Positions 38,501-60,360 of a stretch of 64,000 bases of DNA are shown here, in pieces. The stretch covers positions 8,494,001-8,558,000 of the forward strand of contig CP075494.1 in the NCBI GenBank assembly GCA_021613535.1. Reading direction: 5' to 3'. The notes under the pieces were generated by a model. The model was not told the DNA's origin and searched no databases. It saw only the letters and a program-made list of their open reading frames with translations. A program made the translations under genes and the position numbers. Numbering within the stretch: the stretch's first letter is position 1; the number at the start of each line of letters is the position of its first letter. Source of the stretch: Adineta vaga (Eukaryota; Animalia; Rotifera).

Positions 38501-40071
38501 ACAAGTTTTATATCCGGATCAATAATCTCTTTTAAGCACATCTAATCGTAAAGAAAAAATATTTTTAACTATTCTAGGGTGCATGTCTCGAATTAATAAG
38601 TTATACCTGCTTGGCCATTCGTAAAAAATGAAATTGGAGATGGAAAAATTTGATTTGGTGTCGCATCTCCATCTTTTAATAGTGTATCAGTATCGTTTTG
38701 TGTTGTTAATTTTGGGCTTGTTGCATCACTTTTATCTGGTGATGCGAAATGTTTCGCATTGGTTGAAAGACTATTTGGTAGAAATGGTTCCGCATTAGAA
38801 TTCATTGAATTTGTTGCTCCAGATAAAGGTGCTTTAATGGGAAAAATCTGACTTGAGGATGAATAAATATGAGCACCCAATGGAAAGAAGATTGTTTGAT
38901 CATCGGATGCAAATGATGAATGAGATGATGATGAACAAACATTCCCGTTAATGAGTGCTGATTGTTGGGTGATATCTGAAGGTAATGCCATAGGATTGAA
39001 AAAGGAAAAGATGAAGTTACTTACCGACATTCGTCGAAGGTAATAACTGACTAAAATTAGTTGTATCTGAAGAAGAGACTTTTGATTGGCCAACAGCAGC
39101 AGCAGTACTTATTGATGAAACTGTAGTTAAACTATCCGATGATGATGATGTTGTATCAAAACGAAAATTTTCAAAACCAGGTGGTGGTCCAAGAGGATTT
39201 TGTTGTGATGCACAAACAAGTTCACTAACTTGTTGAAAAAAAATATCATCTAATGTATTTGGATTATCTGTTATATCATTCTTATCCATCGCTGTACTTG
39301 ATCGTGATATAGAAACAATAGATGAGGCAAATAGACCAGCCAAATCGGAATCATTTAAATAATTAGTATTTCCTTTCGTCGTAGCTGTAGAACCAAATGA
39401 ACTTGCATTGGATTTAGTTGTCGCAGAATAATCGAACAGATCATGTTTTGACGGTTTTTCATGAACAGCTGACATAATTGAAGTGTTATCAACTGCTAAA
39501 ACATTGATGAATAGATTTCATTCATACGAAATGACAATATACTAAAGTTATCACTAATCATAAGATATCTGATAGATAGTACTAACTAACATATAGATTA
39601 ATATGAAAGTAAACGTACTCGTTGAATTATTATTTGTATGTAAGGCCATTGTTGAACTTTGTTCACGAATAGGCATAAAATAGTATTGATCTGTTTGATT
39701 TACGGCAGCACTTAAAATGAAAATCATTCTAGCTCAATTATAGATGAACATCGAATAATTTACCTCGTTTGTGATTGTTGTTGTTGTGGCTGTTGTTGTG
39801 GTTGTTGTTGTTGCTGTTGCTGTTGCTGTGGTAGTGGTTGTTTCTGTTGTGACTGCTGTAGCTGTTGCTGTTGTTCAGGAAAAACTGATTGTTCGAAAAC
39901 TTGTTGATTGTAGTTTTTTTCCAAAATTAAATTAACTTCGTTATCACAGCGTGCGTCTTCGTTGAAACTAAACAATAATCTTGTGAATACATAAAAATTA
40001 AAGAATATAATATACTGTGAAGAAGTAGTTTGCGGACGGTGCGTCGTATTTTTTGAATGCAGAAAGTTCAT
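35521..40071 (-). CDS. Probable MEIOC-like protein (long Q/S-rich low-complexity N-terminus plus C-terminal DUF4582-like domain), ~9 exons
   Basis: Spliced C-terminal exons (38222-37698, 37313-37167, 37100-36908, 35759-35521) read SCPSNMQELMENLNELCYRGFDELNALIQEQRW|VQNY...SSNLPLVNLT...RILIVPE...KVEVT|...WRETIANAEHVHQEEEI...|VFERAYLVIRQLVSMTQQARAAFQYA. This is collinear with the MEIOC conserved domain as recalled from memory. Confidence 0.6.
39771..39873 (-). repeat. (CAA/CAG)n poly-Gln-encoding tract
   Basis: Imperfect tgt/tgc triplet run on the + strand, encoding QQQQLQQSQQKQPLPQQQQQQQQQPQQQPQQQQSQ on the - strand. Confidence 0.9.
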
Positions 40072-42387
40072 TGGGATCGGAAATCAGATTTATTATCCGT
40101 TCGATGCATACAATAAGAAATTATTTTGATACAATCATTTTTTTATCGATATCTGTATCTATATTACTACTAAATGAAAAAAAAAGAAAAAAATCTTTCT
40201 TATCAAAACTTGACAAGTAAATAATCCACCTCGAAGAGAGATAAGTTTTTCTTCTTAGTCGTGTTGTTATTGTTTTTGTTGTTATTAAGAGTTACTGCTA
40301 CTGCTATCTAGTCCCTATATGATTATATAAAAAAAAGCCGTCAGACGGATGATGATGACGACATTGTTTAAAAAAATAGCAGCAGTATTAGTAAAACTTA
40401 TAGAGGATCAACAAATAGAGAGCATTTGATATCGAACACACAAATGATATTGAGTTATCGATAGATGGCGTTCAATACACGAAGATTTACATTATAGTTG
40501 TAATGAAAGTAAATGTCTTATATTTTCATTAGCGAAAGCAATCATTAGAATACCGATATAATTTTCTTAGTTTTGAACTTCTCACACACAGTTATTTTCT
40601 AAAATGAAGTACTTGATATAAGTTGTAATGTTGTAACATAACTGAAACAATCTTGTCATCAAAATTTCAAAATCATCAAATTTCATGAAGAAACCATAAC
40701 ATAGAATTCTTTGAAGTTTATCCAACTTTTGACTCTTGTCAAAAATTGACTAATGATTAACTTCTTATTGCTTTTTAATAGACAAACCATTTTCTCTATG
40801 CTTATTGATCAAAGTCATTCCGCTGCTGTTGTTAACATAAGCACATTCTGTCATGTTTCATCGAGCAGACTATTTCTAAGTCTTCTCTTCTCTTCCTTAT
40901 CTTGTCTTACACTCGACTTGTTTCATCACTATGAAAAAAGCTAATTACTTCGTTTATTGTCCAACTGAACGAACCTAATAAATCACAAAGAAAAGAGATT
41001 CCATGAACAATCATCAGTACTTTAGGGATCAATCTTTGTTCATCATGTCTGCGTGATGTTTTCATTCCAGTCTATTTCTTTTAGCGAGTTATTTTCTCTA
41101 TGGAATTACATGACTATTATCTACTAGCTGAATAGAGATCAACGATAAATATATTTCGCCGTTGGGTACTAATGAATTGAACATAACGGCAATATTTATA
41201 TTAGAGAAAAGAGCTCGCTAATTGCTCAGCATGTGAGTTTGGTGAATCTTTGTTTATAGAAAGAAATAAAAACCAAATTGTTGAATATGTCTGTATGTAT
41301 ATACTTAATTTTGACACATCGAGTTCAGAAGCATTCATTCTTTATCTCTTCTTTCCCATCCATTCTATACAATAAGTGTGTCAAATCTAATGAACTATTG
41401 GACTTGGTGTTCATTGAAGCACATCAATTCTGTTGTATTTAGGTGTCAAGAAAGAAGATCAAACAAATAGAAAAACAAAAAAAGAAAACGAAGAAGAATA
41501 AGAAGAAGAGATAAATACGATTTTGTCACTCGATCGTTCGTGTTTAAACATTATTGTGTATAATACCTTAACTTAATGGTGTCGTGTTGAATTGCCTTCT
41601 GGTCAAAGTTAAGTCTACAGATGGTGTCATGTTGTGTATATAGCCTTTCATATTCTTTTTTTCTCTATGAAAGAGAAAATAGATAGTGATAACCACACCC
41701 TGCCGACATCGCAAGAAGAACCTGTGGATCCACTAGCGATTGATGCATAACTGACACGAACATGCCAATATAGCCTTGATGATGAGAATAGCTGATAATG
41801 ATAGAAGAAGAAGAAGAAGAAAAAGAATGGCACGTCATCAAACAATCCTATCGATTATCGGTTCTACATTTTGTATCGTTAGCACATTTATGTCGAGAAC
41901 ACAGCGAGTAATGAATGGTGATTGTGGCATAGGAGCAATAAAAAAAGGGAAAAGAAAGAGAAAGAAAATTACTAGAAACGATGCCGACAACATTGGCGTG
42001 TGTATAAGATGAAAAAGAACGAAAATGATTATTCGATGTGAATTTTACACTTACCTGTAATCATGACTCAATCATTAACGATTATCAAACAAAATCGAAC
42101 ATTTTCGTTCTATTACAAAAAATATAGATTAGAAAGTTTATTCAAAAAATCTTGTATTCTTTTCATATCATTTATAATCTTTTCTTTAGAGTACATTTCA
42201 AATGAGATTTTTCATTTTTTCGATTTGACTTGCCCGCCCATATCGTGTCTTTTTCTTTGCTTTAATATACCGCTAATGAACTCAACCATAACGGTGTCCA
42301 TATGGTGATGTTTACCTAGGTGATTCAATGAACAAACGTCGTATAAGGAGAAGAAGAAGATGATGAAGTGTCCTCGGGCGACAAGAA

Positions 42388-42427
42388 ATAGATAGATCGA
42401 TTGATAGATAGATAAATAGATAGATAT
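42388..42427. repeat. Imperfect (GATA)n microsatellite
   Basis: atagatagatcgattgatagatagataaatagatagatat. Confidence 0.7.
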
Positions 42428-42768
42428 CCATGTTAGTAGTGATCATCGTTTAACGGTTATATACATATATGCATTTATATATGGCGAGAAAGCAAGAGAG
42501 AGAGAGAGACTAGAACAGCTTGCTGCATATTTGAGATATTTATCTTTGATGGAATGAAGTATAAGCTTGAGGCAGAATCTATTACTGCTGTATTAAAGAA
42601 AGAAGACCAAAAAAGAAAAACAAGACTTTTGATATAAATGAACAACCACAATGTACAACATGCGAAAGAAATCAAGAAGAAAGCAAGAAAGAATATGTAA
42701 TAAAAAAATAAGACAAATTCTTCGATATATGTATGAATATATATATATATAACGAAAGATGTCAATTT

Positions 42769-44326
<1,558 letters not shown>

Positions 44327-47300
44327 AGTTTGTTTGATCTAATTGAATAAAGAATGTGAAGATAAGACAAAAAGGGTTTTATCGAAATTTTTGATATCTT
44401 GTCTCCGATAGGATCTTTTGTTGAAGCTACAAGTTACACGCGTCGACCGGTAACATAGATAACAACAACTATTTTTTCTATGTCTGACTGGGTAGATTGC
44501 AAGATTCTATTTCTTTCGTTTTTTTTCTTCTCCTTACTTACTTCTCTTTCTCTCTCTCGTTTTATGGTTCGATGTGCAAGGCAATTTGTGTCTTCTTCTT
44601 CTTCTTCTTCTTCTAACGACGACTAATCAGATAAATGCATTCATGCGAAAGGAAACGAGAGAAAGCAAGACACAGTCATTTTCTCTTTTGCGTCTTTTTT
44701 TCTTTTTTTGTCCCGAAGTTATTTGCAACTGGATTGGTTGATTGATTAAATGGTTGATTTTGTCCAATGATAAAAGAGAAGTATGTCTTATCTGATTGGA
44801 AAAAATACAAAGAACGACAGCGAAAGGAGAGAAGAAGGAAAAAATCATAATTAATAGTTTATTTCTTGATTCAGTCTATGATGATGTTTCAGTATAGATA
44901 TTCAGTACAAATTTTTTTGGGATGATGGAAAAGATAAAATATGTTTAATTTGCAATAAAATAGTTAGTATCTAGTCGTCAATCATGTTGAATTATGAAGC
45001 GGCAATATTTGTCAAATATGTTTGAAGAAATACAAATTGATGAATGATGCAACAGTTCGAGTTTTTAAATTTGCTTTATCATCTTGTATACCACCTAGGG
45101 AGCTATTTAAAATATTTGTCAAATGAATAATACGGTATTGAACATTAAATGAAATGAATTAGTAGTTAAATGATGATTATCACAAAAACATAGTTCCGTA
45201 TGAGATCAATAGATGGCAAAGAATTTCTTTTCTTGTTTAGTTTTATAAAAGAAAAAAGTATAAGAAAGAAAAATGAGAGTGAACGATCGACTGATTTTGA
45301 TCATGTTGGTTACATCTCCTTGCTTGATGACGTTGATATTTGTTTATCTATATATTCAATCAATCATTGAATTAATCGACAGTATAGGAAGAAAAAAACG
45401 ACGGTCGACGAGTGTGACATACCATCATCATCATATAGATATATATGTTGAATATGTATATTTTAAAATGAAATCACTTTCGAGACGATGAATGAGAAAA
45501 GGAGCACATTAGATGACAGTTAATCGAACACGAGTGTAACTGTCATCCATGAACGAATCACTATGTAGAAGAAATCCATATGCGATTGAATAAAGACATT
45601 CTTGATATGAATTATCACCTAGACAAAAGATTTCCATTGTTATTCATTTTCTCCACATCAAAATGATAATTGGATCATTTGCAAAAGAAAAAAAAGAAAG
45701 AAAGAATCGGACTTTGCTTGATAGAAATAAGCTAGATATATGTGTATGCCCGAGGGTGGGCGTTACCGACTCTCTCACACATCTCTGACGTGCAAAAGAA
45801 ATGAAATAAGGAAATGAGTGACAGACAGATGGGTGATTATCTATTGCTGTTACATACATACATACAAATCGATAGACACTTGTCGGAATAACAACGACAG
45901 TTTTTATTATTTCAATTCTATCCGTTTGTTATTCTACTTTGACGCTTATTTCAAAGATATTCTCTTGATTCACACATCGAATATATTGATCATTAAAACT
46001 GTTCATTTCTATGACAAGGATCCTCCCATTTAAAATATGTTCATTTGACACAAAGAGATATCGATGAGTGTCTCTATCTTTCGTTTATAATTATAACTAG
46101 AAGAGTAAGAAAATTTGAAGAATATGTCGTCGACGAATACATAACTAGCAGCTGACTATCATTCATCAAAATTCATGTTTCTGATCTCTATCAATGTTCT
46201 GTCTGGAAAACAGACTAAATACACTCTCAACTCATCATGAAAAAGATGCCATCAGAAAGAACAATCTCTTCCAAACTATTTATATCGATCATTTCATTTT
46301 CTTCATCATTTGAAATCTCCTCCTATACTACAAATCATAATTAAACTATGATGAACCAAACAAAAATTGTAAAAATATCTAATGATAGACCATGAAGGAT
46401 AAGGTGTCCTTGACAACAATTAATTGGATAGGTTGAATAGAGAGAAGAAAAAAAACGAAATATACATACATAATTACTAATGATACTCATGAGAATATTA
46501 ATGTTTAGAATAAAAAGATGTTCGATTTTATCATATAGTTTTCTTTTTGTAATTGATGATTAATACATTTTTGGTTAGAAGGTTATTTTCAAAGTAGATG
46601 ATATTTCGTAATTGTAATGACAATAAATATGATTGGTAACTAAAGTAATTAGATCGATTGAATTAATTGTCTATTATATGTTGTATTTTTCGTAACAAAT
46701 CAAACGGTAATATGTCCGACGAACGATATAATGGATACAAAATAATTCTTTTATTAACTGTAACATCAATCATTGTGATCATAATAGAATATGATCAATG
46801 TATGCGAACGTCATATCATGATGAGCATAACTATTTTCACAGTCCGTTTGTTTAGACAAATATGAACTGAAAAACATGATTGTTTGTTTCAAAAATATCG
46901 AATTTTATCTGTAAATTCATAAGTAGTCTACTACATTGAGAACATATATTCAATTTTTTAAATTTAATACTCAAATTATGTCGTCATTTATTATTAATGT
47001 CTAAAAACCGTTGGACCATATGAGATATAAATGATCTTCATTACCGTTTTTTTTTTAGATTTTTCTTTAATATCTATTTCATCTTCATACGTTTGAATAA
47101 CAGGCACATAGTTATACGCATGACTGATACAAAATTTTGCTTACGTCATCATTTATCCACTTTTTATTTTATAGAATTTTAAATAATTAAATTTGAATAA
47201 GTATAAAAAGAAAGTATATTTCACGTGTATATTAACATTTAAATACACGAACGTTTCACACCTACACCCTTACCGATTGAGATATTGAGTACTTTCGAAA

Positions 47301-47365
47301 GTATATGAATGAACGTGATTCATTTTGAATATTCTATTTATATTTCTTTAGAATTAACAGCAACT

Positions 47366-47683
47366 ATGAACTATCAATTATTTACTTGTGTTATTATTTT
47401 ATTTATACTTACAAGTCATCTTTACGTAACAATCGGTAAGATAATCGAAAAGAAATCAATAATTTCATTGAAAATGACTTGTTTTTCTCTTCGTCTAGGA
47501 TCATCGGTACATCAACATGACAAAAAGGTTTCTATTGATTTGGATTCAGATTTGGATTTGGATTTCAAGCCTGTGAAATGGAATCGTCGATCATCTCAGA
47601 TGAAAAAAGACAAAGGTCGATCACGTGTTCTTACATATGATTTTTTACTTCATAAATGGTTTATACGAAAGATACGAAATTGA
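47366..47683 (+). CDS. Small secreted protein / candidate peptide precursor, 84 aa
   Basis: Exon 1 47366-47435 encodes a signal-peptide-like MNYQLFTCVIILFILTSHLYVTI. A 63-nt intron (gtaaga..tctag) precedes exon 2 (47499-47683), which has dibasic KK/RR sites. TATAAAAG at about 47203 and AATAAA at about 47705. Confidence 0.55.
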   Translation: MNYQLFTCVIILFILTSHLYVTIGKIIEKKSIISLKMTCFSLRLGSSVHQHDKKVSIDLDSDLDLDFKPVKWNRRSSQMKKDKGRSRVLTYDFLLHKWFIRKIRN

Positions 47684-49333
47684 ACACGTTTTCTAATAGA
47701 ATTCAATAAAATTCTACTCATTATTCTTCTGAGAAACAAATTATTTGATGAATAATAACAATCTATTATTAAAGAGAACACCACCTAAGAGATTCAATAG
47801 AACCGTTTCTGATTTATATTATTAGATTGTAGATTGCGGGGAAAAGTTTTTCACTTGAACGAAGATCTAATAAATGATTGTCATAAAGAAAATTTGTTTT
47901 CTTCGTCGAGAAAACTATCAAAAATGAAATCGTCTAGAACGATTTGTTATCACCTATATTGATGAAGTATCTTTTCTTTTTCATACGCAAAACTAAACCT
48001 CCTACGCAAGGACATCATTCAAAATAGAACATGAGAAATATTTGTATACTATGAATTATTAATACTAAGACATTCGGCTTCTTCTTCTAAAAAAGAAGTT
48101 AATTTAATTATCTGTTTTATACATTTGTCAAGAAAGAAAATTCATTGCATGACATATGCGATTAAACAGAAGGTTTTTCTTTAACGTAAAATGTTTGCGT
48201 GATAATATAAACGTCAAAAACAATAACAAAATTCTAAACGAATCAATACCAATCATGTTTATTAGAAGAGGAAATAAAAGTCTTTGCAATATATAATACA
48301 TTGAACACAAAGTTACATATTCATTATTCTTCTCAAACAATAAATCAATGGCAGTTTATCGTCCATATTTCATCTTGTCTATAACTATTTTTCTTTCGAT
48401 TATATTCTCATCATGTCATACTTATCAATTATTTCGAGATATACCGAGTATATTCGACAAATTTTGAAATAATTATCAACAATTTTTACTCTTCTTTAGT
48501 TCCCAATCGACCACTTAAATATCATATATTGAACGAACCTGATCGACATGTTGATCGTGTAAGAACAACAAAGCAATGAATCTTTTGTCAATTCGCTTTT
48601 TCTCTTAGATGAAACAATATCATGATACCATTGCGCAATTGAAACATTGGGGTCGATCAATTGACGATTTTGATAATGGTAATAAACATAACTTCTAATC
48701 CTATATGTCTATTGCGAGAAAATATGTATCTTTTTGTATATTTTCGAAATTCAGAATTATCTATATATTTTTACTTATAGATATTCTTCATCCATATAAA
48801 TCGTCAGAGGAGAACAAATATTAATTACAATTACAATTACAACTTTTTTTTCTTTCAAAATAAATCTATATCTACATTAATTTGTTGTATAAGTCTGACT
48901 ATGCTTTAAAGAATTCTTCTATCTATACTAATATGTCAAATGTTCATAAAAGTATAATTAGTTATCAATCATTGAAATCATGTTAGAGATTGTATATAAA
49001 CTGTATCTTGAAAATAATTAGCTGTTTTTTATGTTATTTTAAGAAAACAAGAACACTATACAAATATCGAAGGAACAACATAAGATGTATGTGAAATCTA
49101 TACTGATAAAATTGAATACATTATCTGATAATGGTTAACTCACAAGAAAGAAGAGGACGAAGAAAAAAAAGAACACAGCACACGTACAGATAATATATGT
49201 TAAGAGAGAGAGAGAAAAAGTAAGAAATCAAGGCATTATGTGTTGCATATACATGAAACAAATTCAATACTGTTGTTAGATGAGAGAATATCATATCACA
49301 AAGAGAAAAAAACGTAGATTCATCGGATTAAAG

Positions 49334-56293
<6,960 letters not shown>

Positions 56294-56309
56294 GTGAACG
56301 ATGTTATTC

Positions 56310-56333
56310 AATAATAATAATAATAATAATAAT
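56310..56333. repeat. (AAT)8 microsatellite just upstream of the TRPC start codon
   Basis: aataataataataataataataat. Confidence 0.85.
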
Positions 56334-59300
56334 ACCAAAGAAAACAAAGACTAATAGTCTGAATTAGCAAGAAAGCGTTTAGACGAATGTCGACATACGC
56401 AGGTATGATTAGACTATCGAAAAAAAAGTAGTTTAATGTCTCGTTGTTGCTGTTGCTGCTGCTGCTGTTGTTCTCGTCGTTTCTTTTGATGTTTATTTTA
56501 TCTTTAAATAACAAGCGAGAGAGTGAGAGAGTAAAAAAGGAAATAGTTAGTCTAGAGGAACTGATTAAATTGATCCGACATGAAAGTTAAAAAGAAAATA
56601 GAAAGGTATAAGTGAAGATTCTCTTGACAAAACTACAAACAAATGAACCGCAATAAGTAAAAGTTACGTTTGATTTGTTTTTGGTCTCTATCGTCTAACG
56701 ATTAGTAACGCTTGTGAAAACCATTGCACATTTTAAGAAGTTGCGAACAATGCAATAGCTTTCGCTTCAATCGCACTCAGCTCTACATGTAAATGCTAGG
56801 AACGCGCATCGTACGCTTTGTCACTAATGAAATTCTTTCTGCTTCTACACTGTATTCTTTCTCTTGCTTCTTTTTTTTTGTCTGAATATAGACTGCGTTC
56901 TTCTTTTCTTTCTTTCTTTCTTTCTTTCTCTCGTTCCTTCTATCATCCTGCTGTTCTCATAAACAGTGACACTAACTGTAAAGCAAGTGCGCTACCAATA
57001 TCTCGCGCATCCTTACACTACATGTTTACTTCTATCTCTTTGATCGATCTCATCTCATCATTCACTGATGATGAGAAGTGTAAATCGCGTATAAGATGCT
57101 TGATTCATCTCGTAATAGAACTGAAGTAATGATGATTATGCGATAGAAAATGAAGAGAATGCTTTCCTTTCAAGATGTACGTATCTAAAGACAATTAGAG
57201 TTAGTCATTATCATCGACATTTGTGTTACTATTCTATTCCAAGTATTGGATTATTTTACATGTGCGTTATTATATGTGACGTTACACAGGTAATCATGAT
57301 TACTTGAGACATAAAAAAGATAACGAGAGAAAGAGAAAGAGAGAAAACGGATATTTACATTATTTTCATGGTTTTTGACACAAGAATATGTCGTTAGTAA
57401 TGCTGATGTAAATTTTATACTGGAATGACGTTTACTGGAAGCAGAGTTGATAATATTATTCATCAAAAATATAACAGTGAAGAAAAAGAACAGAAGTCGA
57501 TTCAATACAATATAATACAATCAATTTATTGTTCATAATAGTATCAATCGTATCAATTGATACTCGCTGTGTCTATTGATTTCTTTCATTTTTTGCCGAA
57601 AAGAATTTTGAGCATTCAAAACAAAACCGAATACATCAAAAAATATCAACAGTTGTCGTCAATATAAAACTAAAATAGCACGTATAGGCCATCGAAGAAA
57701 ATGGCCAGATGGGTATTTATATAAAGCAATGAACATTAAGTGACATAAGCTATTATCCATGTATGACCTTACTAATCTTCTCTCTGTTTACTCATTGTCT
57801 CGGTCGAAGAACTTATGCTCTCATTTTTTACTGGATAATATAACTTCTTTACATTAGCACAACAGACAATTTCCAAGTCAGTTAGTAGTATAGACAAGAA
57901 GATCGAATCTGCATCTCGTTATTAATTAGGAAATATAGAAAAAAAAGAGAAAGAAAGACATCAATAGTCGAATACTCGATCGATAAAATAAGTAATCGTT
58001 GCTTTCTTTCTCCTTTTTTTCTCTCTCTCTTTCTTCTTTTCAATTTTCTGTTTTATTGTCTGTGCCTAATCATCAATACTCAGCATGATGAACGAGCAAT
58101 CAATTCGGCTATCAAAAATCTAGTCCAAATATAAGCTAATACAAATACATACATTCTTTTTTCTCAATATTTTCATCATTGATGAACGCTAGTAAGATTC
58201 TTTCAGAAAAACCAATCTTCTTCAGTCGATAAACATTGGCATTCATTTGACTAATGTGATGGGAAACTAACTATCAAGTAACAGAACAAGAAAGATAAGA
58301 AAGGAGAGAAGAAAAAGAAGAAGAAAAAAGGGAAAAGCACAAACAGAAGAAAACACCAGCAAGATAGATGTAGTCACGTTTTGTTGATTTATCTCTCTAT
58401 ATCTCGAAAGAATGACTCCTTGAGACAATTCTACTGATGGGAAATAGTTTCATTGAACATTCTTTTCTAACGAGTTCAGAAAAGTTTTGATTTTTAATGA
58501 GTGAAATTTGTTTTGAACGACGACAAAATATATAATGCCGATGTCGTCTTTCTTTTCCGGTAATACCTTAACGAACTCTCGAGCATAAAAGTATCGAGGA
58601 ACTGATTAACATAGATACACACATACATACTGTGAAGGTGTCACAGATGGATCGAATCGAAGAAATATGAGTAAAGCAAATTGATGCATTTTTTCGTTAT
58701 ATTTACTTATTCCATGACGATCGTCATCTGTTATTATTTTAATGTGAACGTGAAACACCCTCCGGCTTAATACTTCAAATAAAATAGAAGAAAAAGAAAG
58801 AAAACAGAAGGAAAACTTGACATTTCACTATTTCTTCTTGAGATATTTTATCTAGTGTCAATGAGACGATGATAACGCCAACGCTAAACTATTTGCCGCA
58901 GGGGTTCGAACAAGAATGACAACTGTTCAGTAAAACAAAGGTCTTCTTTCTTCAGCAAGATAATTAATCATTGTTGTCGTTAACAGTCACACGAATAACA
59001 GAGAAAGAAACAGAGACATCAACGAATCAATAAATCGTTGTATTTGCTTGTATGTATATTACTGTTAGCATGAAGGAAGAGAGAAAGAAGCATGTGAGCA
59101 GCACAAATGTCAATCGCAAAATATTATCAACTGAGCATGGAACTATCATACATATGTAGAGAGATACACATGTGTCATCTATCGATCTAGATCAATCTCT
59201 GTTTGATGAAGAGCAAAAAAAATCGAAGGACATCGAGAGCAAAAAGATTTGAATAAACAAATCAGGAGTAATCCGTTCCATACATATGATCTCGTCTAAC

Positions 59301-60360
59301 ACTGCTCAAACTGATAGCGGAAATGAGGCGAGTAAAAGTCATTCATCGGTCGATTTTCTGATATCTTGTATTTCTGTGCAAATGTCGACATAAGAGAAAA
59401 AAAATATCAAAACGTTTCTTTCCCTCTTTTTTTATCATCTGTCATCTGAAGATTATTTTCCATTTTTCAATTCGAATCAATGTTGATATATATATATATA
59501 TTAATATGATGACGAGACCCATTTGTATCTCGACGAATTAATGACAGAGAACAAATGGAAACACCATATGAAACCAAAGCAATCTTATATATGTATATAT
59601 ATGTTTGACAAGTCATCTAATGATTGTTCATGCGTTTCGATTAGCATCTATTTTGCATTCTTATCAATGTGTTAGTTGTCTAGAAGAAGAAGAAGAAAAA
59701 AAAGAAGAGAAATCATCAAAAGACATTTCTTTTTCGTTTAGAACGCATCTTATGTAACTAGAAGAGATAAGAATAATGAAATCATCCGTTTAAATGGAAA
59801 TTTCGAAGATTACAGTTGATGTTTATATTTGAAAGAAAATGTCGTTGATTTTGATTTTAATTTCTATAAATATACAATGACTAGAATATTAACTAACTAG
59901 TTCTTTTTCAGAGGAAGCACGTAGACAAAATAATATTAGTTTTATGTTTTTCTTTTTTCCTTTTTCATTGACGTCATGAACTATTAGGAGAAGCTTATCT
60001 TATTAACGTGAACTGATGAATTAAAATGAATTTTGAAATAAGAGGAGAGACAAAAAGAAATAGTAAAATTACAACGACAAAAAAAATGATTCAATAAATT
60101 AACAATATTGTATTGTCAAGTTTCATTATATTTAATAATCATATCAAAGTACATGGACCAGAACTATTCCCTATAGAAAATGAAAACAATATATTAAACA
60201 CGCCTTTTTCTTTCTTTTTCTGTCGATTTAATCGAAATCTATGATAAAATTTCAAAGTAATCTCTCTCTTTCTTCTTTAGTCTATTTAAATAGATATCTA
60301 TAGACATGTACGCATTTCATTTCTTTATTTTCTCGATTGTTAGATCGTGTTTATATCATT

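Noticed and set aside
42388-42427. GATA-motif cluster downstream of the GATA gene, suggesting autoregulation
   Set aside because: It is indistinguishable from a common (GATA)n microsatellite in AT-rich DNA.
40753-42765. Several 60-100 aa ORFs (poly-F, poly-R/K) between the MEIOC-like and GATA genes
   Set aside because: They arise from (GAA)n and A/T-rich low-complexity tracts and have no motifs or splice-consistent structure.
58850-58915. tRNA-like B-box GGTTCGAAC with a weak upstream A-box
   Set aside because: No T-stem, acceptor stem or cloverleaf pairing can be formed. At most it is a decayed remnant.
56400-60300. 4-kb ORF-poor spacer as a possible mobile element or ncRNA locus
   Set aside because: Only microsatellites and purine-rich tracts are seen, with no terminal repeats, transposase fragments or long hairpins. 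It is best explained as a divergent regulatory region.
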